In this document: positions 14,601 to 19,901 of the stretch, in pieces
Layout of the letters: each line of letters starts with the position of its first letter
Position numbering within the stretch: position 1 is the stretch's first letter
Origin: a virus
Taxonomy: Duplodnaviria; Heunggongvirae; Uroviricota; Caudoviricetes
Strand: one strand, 5' to 3'
Length of the DNA: 19,901 bases
IMG/VR virus record: IMGVR_UViG_3300033696_000004
Span: 100,031 to 119,931 of that record
Program-made: the position numbers and the translations under genes
Notes under the pieces: model-generated
The model's input: only the letters and a program-made list of their open reading frames with translations
The model's database searches: none
Told to the model about the DNA's origin: nothing

Positions 14601-16032
14601 CAGCACAACCGATCATAGTTTGATGACCAGCACGTTGATGTATAACACCAAAACCAGTGTTCACGGTTGTTATAATTTTACCGCCAGCATCAACATAACC
14701 AGAAGACCAGATACCAGAATCACCTAACGCAGCTTTATGAGTACCGTTAGTAACCCAAACCATTTGATGACCGCCAGCCATTTGACCGCCAGTAGTATTA
14801 TTCGTGTGTTTGTATGCTAGACCGTATAGATTACCGAAGTCAGAACCGTCAGCGGCATTACGATAAGCTGTACCCATTGACCAGATTTGATCAGTCTTTG
14901 TGGAGTCATAAGTACCGAAGATACCTTTATCACGTGAAGTAGAAACCAAGTCACCGCTGAAACTATCAGAAGCATCAGAACGTAAGAATTGTGAACTATC
15001 AAGTCCATCTAACTTATCAGAGTCAACTGCTTTACCAGCAGCTGGCAACGCACCAACATCAGCAGTAGTTGGTTTGAAACTGGTTGAATAAATCTTCGAA
15101 GCACTAGCAGCACTTAAATCCAAGTCGTCATGATAAGCAAAATGACCATCGGATCTTCTTCCAAAGTATAGCATTGTGTTGTTTTGGGTTTTGAATCCAA
15201 TACTAACATTACCATCTAAATTAGTACGATGAATTATTAGTTTTGGATCAGCGTTAGCCGTTGTAATAGTCAACGCACCAGTCATTGTATCACCAGTATC
15301 ACGAACAGCACCAGCAATGTCGATTACAGTTGGTTTATTTCCAGTTGTATAGATCTTTCCTTCTTGACCAGACCCATAAATGTACACACCATCAGATTGT
15401 ATGGTTATACGACGATTAGAATGAGTATATGATTGCAAAGACACATCAGAAGTTGACGTACTTCCTCTACCTACATACCAACTATTTGCCCCTGCAATCT
15501 TACCAAGAATATAACTAGCTTGATTTGCATCACTATTTGCAACCATAAATCCGTTATTTGCGTTGATGTTCAATACTCCAGTCATTGTATCACCAGATAC
15601 AGAAACTGTGGTATTATCTACATAGTCTTTACGAGTTAAGCTGTTAGCAGATGAATGTTGAGCAACTGTTGTGAGATACGGAACATTAGCAGAAATAGAT
15701 CCAGTTTGAACCGTTAGTCTAGTTGTCCCACCATCAATCCCCGTTGATTTTGTAGAGTTTCCTAATACGACAAATCCACCATTATGCAGCAATCTATTAT
15801 TGCTACCATCTTGAATTACGTCAGATATTGATGTACTAAATTTCAACACACCAGTCATAGTATCGCCAGCACGGGATACTAGGTTTAAATCGTTATTAGT
15901 TGGTTTATGTGCTTCAGTATAAACCATGTGACCTTTATAGTCAAGTCTAGTATCTACCGTGTTGAATTCTAGGTTACCCTGATGCCAAATTAGGTTACCA
16001 CCTATAAGAGTACCAGCTTTTAAGTTAGCCAT
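11641..16032 (-). CDS. distal long tail fibre B (gp36-gp37-like fusion, 1463 aa) with Peptidase S74 intramolecular chaperone
   Basis: gp36-like N-terminus and further gp36-like blocks (LTRKDYVD...GDTMTG; GDGASF...NI.SWFGVGF). C-terminal Y|SDRRLKTNI...GVIAQDVQEVLP.AV...EAIKEQ coiled coil. SD GGAGA. Confidence 0.9.
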   Translation of the reverse strand: MANLKAGTLIGGNLIWHQGNLEFNTVDTRLDYKGHMVYTEAHKPTNNDLNLVSRAGDTMTGVLKFSTSISDVIQDGSNNRLLHNGGFVVLGNSTKSTGIDGGTTRLTVQTGSISANVPYLTTVAQHSSANSLTRKDYVDNTTVSVSGDTMTGVLNINANNGFMVANSDANQASYILGKIAGANSWYVGRGSTSTSDVSLQSYTHSNRRITIQSDGVYIYGSGQEGKIYTTGNKPTVIDIAGAVRDTGDTMTGALTITTANADPKLIIHRTNLDGNVSIGFKTQNNTMLYFGRRSDGHFAYHDDLDLSAASASKIYSTSFKPTTADVGALPAAGKAVDSDKLDGLDSSQFLRSDASDSFSGDLVSTSRDKGIFGTYDSTKTDQIWSMGTAYRNAADGSDFGNLYGLAYKHTNNTTGGQMAGGHQMVWVTNGTHKAALGDSGIWSSGYVDAGGKIITTVNTGFGVIHQRAGHQTMIGCADIVGDYLVGGRPSDAADWTDYIRIARNKLRYCTNSDHTGKRIYHEGDKPSLAEINAVRGQQVSGLASGVQWHKAMTVVMPNNASTIKLEITGGNGFNVGIESQLGTQTIQFRTGNGSPATGLTVVGFYDGGMSLAITDVGYKHISGSTYEIYLKSSSYPDSGLIYMLTTSMNASAVWNRVAVGTAEPTGITKWSENNVIYNSRAKPTSSDVNAVAKTGDTMTGALTFTGHNGIKMKDGKKVLWSHDNKAVTLSASGSDGILYLGYSSGTDYQTDKVVMHRPLYASNGTTLLCDTSGQLYDVGQRVYSEYHKPTPAEVGAVNKAGDTMTGNLSWTQNGSCHIGAGQGDGASFTTTNINIKSWFGVGFESTIDNQAVPKGENAAYIDTRGGHMGIRGDFRANKSITAGTGLGLSNASSTSKLGLSLHGGGKEGKPEYGMMFTGTVGSGTHGGVTGDWATYLTMSDTTNRGWIFQRGSTNVASISGSGFIEANSGVSSIARKLTGAIDLNSYVKTESFNVYATGSMTNKPPAGCDYGTLQVIGSNSTSGQFVTQTFVERNGNRMAIRGRNDGGGSWSAWKNVYTEGFKPNSLWQTGTGGGGLHINYDNEINFTSSSAELYFNYRQVGGTKISAMSFNAGENDKNATLKFGSADMKGTINRQSHSSGYLVGSYNNVGDNSIKTNPIYAIGTNYKPSDTALGNMYGIGYCVAGASTPFIPESLRSGSWGMYVAADGDARVFLDGGNGQIRSTGAHVGSGFKTHKGAYSYLQLSGTAGSYMMIECNGSKGLNIISRNDDNSNRYVWSFTDDGEFISPSSIKTSNQMYINNGSPTLWFQDTDSRSCAWHCNSNLMYLLRGTGNNATSWDSGPNGRHPATFNLETGDVVFSGNVTAYSDRRLKTNIHNVENAVEKVSKLNGVIYEWKNDTAGVGEQAGVIAQDVQEVLPQAVLEDKEGNLTVAYAQLSALFVEAIKEQQKQIETLTKRVNELSK
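14973..15033 (-). repeat. KAVDSDKLD.LDSSQFLRSD module, copy in fibre B (pairs with 18832-18892 in gp34)
   Basis: 52/61 nt identical by hand alignment. Confidence 0.85.
15900..16032 (-). repeat. duplicated fibre 5' end, copy B (pairs with 11434-11566)
   Basis: 111/133 nt identical, with differences mostly synonymous. Confidence 0.9.
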
Positions 16033-16066
16033 TATTTATTTTCTCCGAAGAATATAATTATAATGG

Positions 16067-16074
16067 TATTTATT
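16067..16074 (-). promoter_or_regulatory. late promoter for fibre B
   Basis: AATAAATA on the - strand (7/8 match), 34 nt upstream of the ATG. Confidence 0.65.
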
Positions 16075-16094
16075 ATCGATGATTATTTGAAGAA

Positions 16095-16116
16095 TTCTGG
16101 CTGCTTGCAGCCAGAA
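16095..16116 (-). terminator. hairpin, probable terminator after gp35
   Basis: TTCTGGCTG-caag-CAGCCAGAA with a weak downstream tract (TTCTT). Confidence 0.6.
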
Positions 16117-16164
16117 ATTTGATTTTGTTCATTATAGATCTATAAAGAATAGACTTATGAACAA

Positions 16165-17949
16165 TTAAGAGAGACTTATTGAAGTGATCAATCCATCGTC
16201 GATGTCAATCGAACCAAGTTTAACTTCTCGAATTATAGGCAAAGCCCATAGTGAGTTTGATGTAGCAGTATCGTTGTAGAAATCTAGAAAAGCAAGCTTT
16301 CCTTTAGTACAATTAGCATTGTTGACCCAACCATAGTATCCATTACCTTCGTCGGAAATACCTATACCATTGCCGTATAAGTCATCCCAACCATAGAACT
16401 CTTGGTTAGCTTCCACGAATGCGTTAGCATCTTCTTGGGTTATGTCATGTGGTAGTAAGAACCCTTGCATTAGATACCATTGACGGTCTTCCAACATGTC
16501 AAATGCTGGTGTTTGTGAATACATCCACTCAGTCCCCGCATTGAGTATGTCATTAGTAGGTCTTAGTTTCAACTGAGTATCATCATCATTGAAGGATCTG
16601 AACCCTAGCATGTATTCTCCATCAGTTTTCACTTGACGATTAACCCAAACTGAGCAATAATACATTTGTGTAGGATCAATGAGAACAACAGAACTTTCAT
16701 TTTGTTGGTCTCCAGTTGTATTCATGACAATACGTTCATTATTATTATCCAGAATACGATTCATCCACCTAATTGGTTCATCGGTTTGTTGGGTTAATGG
16801 TAAGTTTCGTAATAGATTTGACTCACTGTTGAATGATTCATAGTATCCATCAGGATCGTAAGAACCAAAGTTACCTAACGAGTCTTCGTATCTTCGTACA
16901 CTAGTACCGTATGTACCAATTGACACTCCAGAAGTTTGTGCTTGTGTATTGTCAGATAACGACATTACTGTATTCTTAACCCAAGTTGTACCCGTTGGAG
17001 TACTTGGGTGCGGATCTCTACGTTGACGAACATCAACAACTAGTCGGTCGCAACCAACAGGGATCTTATGACGGATTTCAACTTGTTGCCATCCCTCAAC
17101 ACAACGAACAATTCTAGATTGTTCTGCTTTCCAAGTAGAACCAGCATAGTATGAGATAACATACAATACAAATGTACTAGTACTAGCGGAGATTGCATTT
17201 ATTTCAGCTAATGAAGAGAACATATATTCGTCACCAACTTTCAGATTTAGATCTGTTAGCGGTGCATCAATCCATCGTTTGATCATTTCTGTTGTTCCAG
17301 CTGATTTCAATATCTCTTGGTCGATGTCGTCAATCAATGGTTTACCGAAACCAGAGTACCCAATTTTCGTTGGATCTGAAAACGCAAGTTGGATGTCTGC
17401 ATATCCATCCTTTGCACCATGACCAACAAATTTTTCAGCCACAATCGCTTTCTTGCGACCACAAATAACAGCAGCATAAGATGTACGTCTACGGTCGGCA
17501 AGTTCCTCAGTACTTATTCCCGATTTATTGAACCATTCTACTCCAGCCCAAGCATTTGATCTATAATACTTAAATGAATCATCAAGTTTGGTATTAGTAG
17601 CAATAGCATCACGTGAACACAGAACTGCAATCTGTGAACTTGTTATCGTCTTCATCTTGTCGGCTAATGCGTTTTGTGCAGATTCAGCACCGTATAGGTC
17701 AAATGTTGCTGAATATGATATTGACATATCTGTATTAAAGATTATCATAGTCATACCACGAGACTGACCGTGTGATGTACCAGACAAAATACTTTCGTAA
17801 TTAACTTTTATGTCTCTAACATCTGTTATATTATCATTGAATGAGTGAGTACCACGGATTTCCAAATTATAAAGGGAGCCAGCGGCTCCCGTTATAGTTG
17901 AAAGCTCCATACCAGTTTTACTAAGATTAGCAAATAGTATTTCTGCCAT
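16165..17949 (-). CDS. 35: long tail fibre hinge connector (knee), enlarged to 594 aa
   Basis: Lies after gp34. Blocks resemble T4 gp35 (IAVL.S, SYAA....KKAI..E, IG.SGF, L.VGD...F, G.Q.VE....IP.G, G..G..V....S, terminal IREV). Confidence 0.85.
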   Translation of the reverse strand: MAEILFANLSKTGMELSTITGAAGSLYNLEIRGTHSFNDNITDVRDIKVNYESILSGTSHGQSRGMTMIIFNTDMSISYSATFDLYGAESAQNALADKMKTITSSQIAVLCSRDAIATNTKLDDSFKYYRSNAWAGVEWFNKSGISTEELADRRRTSYAAVICGRKKAIVAEKFVGHGAKDGYADIQLAFSDPTKIGYSGFGKPLIDDIDQEILKSAGTTEMIKRWIDAPLTDLNLKVGDEYMFSSLAEINAISASTSTFVLYVISYYAGSTWKAEQSRIVRCVEGWQQVEIRHKIPVGCDRLVVDVRQRRDPHPSTPTGTTWVKNTVMSLSDNTQAQTSGVSIGTYGTSVRRYEDSLGNFGSYDPDGYYESFNSESNLLRNLPLTQQTDEPIRWMNRILDNNNERIVMNTTGDQQNESSVVLIDPTQMYYCSVWVNRQVKTDGEYMLGFRSFNDDDTQLKLRPTNDILNAGTEWMYSQTPAFDMLEDRQWYLMQGFLLPHDITQEDANAFVEANQEFYGWDDLYGNGIGISDEGNGYYGWVNNANCTKGKLAFLDFYNDTATSNSLWALPIIREVKLGSIDIDDGLITSISLS

Positions 17950-17959
17950 TTTGTTTTCC

Positions 17960-19901
17960 TTATAGAACGTCAGTCCAAATGAAGTCTAATGACTTCGTTG
18001 ATTTGTTTGGACGTAGGATTACGTTACCGATTTGTAGCCAGTTCTTGATCTTCAGGTCTTCCATTGCTGATCCTGTTATGTCAGCCTTCTCGTCGATCAT
18101 TTCCTTCAATACCTTAATCGCAGACGCAGTAGCTGCAATGTCTTTAGACGGATTTGATAATGAGTCAGTTAACGTAGTTACGCCATGAACACCAGAAGTA
18201 TTAGCAATTGGTACAGATTTCAACTTATTATAGTTGATCTTTGCATCCGATTCTATTACAGTAGTTGCACCAACATTGAAGTGATTAGCTTTGACTGCAT
18301 TTAGGAAAGTAGCAACTCCACCAGGTGCAATCGTAACTTGTGTAGCAACTCCAGATTCAGTAATTGCAAATGAACCAGTTGATAGTTCAATTGTCCATAA
18401 CTTGTTAGAGGAATCTGTCTCAACCAATCCAATGTGACTAGAATTAGCTTTTATTGTTAGGTTACCATTGATTGTATCACCAGTAACGTTTACAAAACGA
18501 CCATCAGCTTCAGACTTGCTATAAGAACCAACTTCTGCTGGAGTTGGTTTATGCCCTTCGTGATACATTTTATACCGATTCGAACCAACTTGGAAGAATG
18601 CGTTTTCAGAGCCAGATAAATTAACCGCAAATTGGTCTAGATATTTACCACCCCACCCAGTCAAGTTCAATCTGTGTTGGTCATCTTCTGAACCAGAAGC
18701 ACAACCACCTTGAACGTATACATCAGTCCCAGAAGCAAGCAATCGAACCCCATAATCTTTACCATCGGTGTGTCTAATTTTTTGGTCATACTTATTGGTA
18801 TGAGTTAATATACCTTGCATAGTATCACTAACATCAGAACGCAAGAATTGAGAACTATCTAAGTTATCTAGCTTATCAGAGTCAACGGCTTTCGCAGTCT
18901 TCGGTAGATAGTTAGCGAGCGCATAGTTCAATCCACGTGGAGAAACTACAAATGGATTATGATCATACTCACCAGCTGGTTTAGTAGATCCAGCAGTTGT
19001 ATTACCAACCCAAGTTTCAGCTAACGTAGCAGTATGACCAGTACCGTAGTTAGTTTCCGTCATATTGAAATCAGCGTGTTGCGTCAACGCACGATTTAAT
19101 GAATTAGGAGTTACGATTCTAGTATGGTCAGTTTTTCCAGTGATCTCGGTGTCGGTAGCGATTTCAGCAATACCAGCCATTCCTTCCGTTGCACGACGTG
19201 CATTCAGTTTCTTGGGTGTAATAACATGAATGTCACTTGCAGTTTTAGAATCAACCACATTAGCTTCTGCTTGTGTAGCTACCTCTAAAGTACCACGTTG
19301 TGATTCAGTAGCAACCGTGATGTCTAATGTAACTTTACCCCATAGGTTACCCGAACGGCGAATACCACTTACTTCAACTGGAGTAAAGTGATCATAAGCA
19401 AGCCATGTCTTGAACTTCTTGGGTGTGATGTAATGATAGTCACTTGCTCCAGCATCAACCTCACCCTGAGTACCAATCTCGGTCAATCCCCACATGGTTT
19501 CTGTTGACTTGCGGTTATGTAAAGTCTTAGGAGAAACTACATAAGGGTTGTGTAATGCACCAGCATTAACCTCTGCTTGTGTAGCAGTCTCAACAATGCC
19601 AGCCATAGCTTCGGTCGAACGACGTGCATCTAACGTCTTAGGGGTTACCATAACACGATTTGAAGCAGCACTTCCTTGACTGTTGACTTCACTCTGATCG
19701 GCTATGTATGCTACACCACGTGAAAACTCTGTTGCTTGTGCATCATTCAATGACTTTGGTGTAAGTACATAAGGTTCTGTATGTGTTGATGTATTCCAAC
19801 TATACACACCAGTACCAGCAGCCGAACGAGTTGAAGCAGGATTACCATTCTGGATTGTTTTAACACTACCAGCTTGACTATCCGTACCACGACGCTGATC
19901 T
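17960..19901 (-). CDS. 34: long tail fibre proximal subunit, C-terminal part (5' truncated by window)
   Basis: The frame is open to the window edge (DQRRGTDSQAG...). It has gp34 repeats (VTPKTL..R.STE...G..E.ATQ.E, ATESQRGTLEVATQ) and C-terminus LKIKNWLQIGNVILRP..KSLDFIW, like T4 LTIRDFLRIGNVRIVP..KTVKFEW. Confidence 0.93.
   Translation of the reverse strand, partial: DQRRGTDSQAGSVKTIQNGNPASTRSAAGTGVYSWNTSTHTEPYVLTPKSLNDAQATEFSRGVAYIADQSEVNSQGSAASNRVMVTPKTLDARRSTEAMAGIVETATQAEVNAGALHNPYVVSPKTLHNRKSTETMWGLTEIGTQGEVDAGASDYHYITPKKFKTWLAYDHFTPVEVSGIRRSGNLWGKVTLDITVATESQRGTLEVATQAEANVVDSKTASDIHVITPKKLNARRATEGMAGIAEIATDTEITGKTDHTRIVTPNSLNRALTQHADFNMTETNYGTGHTATLAETWVGNTTAGSTKPAGEYDHNPFVVSPRGLNYALANYLPKTAKAVDSDKLDNLDSSQFLRSDVSDTMQGILTHTNKYDQKIRHTDGKDYGVRLLASGTDVYVQGGCASGSEDDQHRLNLTGWGGKYLDQFAVNLSGSENAFFQVGSNRYKMYHEGHKPTPAEVGSYSKSEADGRFVNVTGDTINGNLTIKANSSHIGLVETDSSNKLWTIELSTGSFAITESGVATQVTIAPGGVATFLNAVKANHFNVGATTVIESDAKINYNKLKSVPIANTSGVHGVTTLTDSLSNPSKDIAATASAIKVLKEMIDEKADITGSAMEDLKIKNWLQIGNVILRPNKSTKSLDFIWTDVL
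18832..18892 (-). repeat. KAVDSDKLD.LDSSQFLRSD module, copy in gp34 (pairs with 14973-15033)
   Basis: 52/61 nt identical. Confidence 0.85.

Noticed and set aside
6960-15008. Many 60-130 aa track ORFs within or antisense to the fibre genes
   Set aside because: They are by-products of strong codon bias in long Gly/Ser/Thr/Asn-rich genes and lack SD or promoter support.
7004-16032. Diversity-generating retroelement or invertase (Mu Gin-like) switching of fibres
   Set aside because: No reverse transcriptase or recombinase gene in the window, no adenine-only TR/VR mismatch pattern, and the repeats are direct rather than inverted.
16133-16144. 12-bp palindrome TATAGATCTATA downstream of gp35
   Set aside because: Short, AT-rich and single-copy, so expected by chance.
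17979-18188. 69-aa + strand track ORF
   Set aside because: Antisense shadow of the gp34 C-terminus.
1-19901. CRISPR array, tRNA/rRNA genes, or an intron/intein in gene 52
   Set aside because: No regularly spaced repeats or tRNA cloverleaf seen; intergenic gaps are at most about 130 bp; gp52 is contiguous and of normal length.

Overview
This is a 19.9 kb segment of a T4-like myovirus (Tevenvirinae/Straboviridae-type). An AT-rich genome and near-consensus sigma70 promoters suggest a gammaproteobacterial, possibly Vibrio-like, host, but that is inference. The + strand early arm carries the rIIA 3' end, rIIB, a small ORF, topoisomerase gp52 and a membrane protein. It continues with an accessory cluster (49-aa basic ORF missing from the track, coiled-coil ORF, HNH/Srd-like ORF, Tad2/DUF2829-like ORF), then an M15-peptidase endolysin and AsiA. 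These converge at a bidirectional terminator with the - strand late arm: gp34 (partial), an enlarged gp35, two tandem distal long-tail-fibre genes and holin t. The most striking feature is the two distal fibres (1463 and 1520 aa). Each begins with a near-identical gp36-type knee-docking N-terminus (41/45 aa identical), then diverges in shaft and tip. Each sits in its own late promoter-gene-UUCG terminator cassette, and there is no separate gp36 or gp38. This suggests two interchangeable receptor-binding half-fibres for one gp35 hinge. Also notable are a candidate Tad2-like immune-signal sponge and a T4 gene e-style hairpin/late-promoter translational switch on a non-homologous endolysin. Family calls come from motif recognition and my recollection of T4 proteins, not from database searches.
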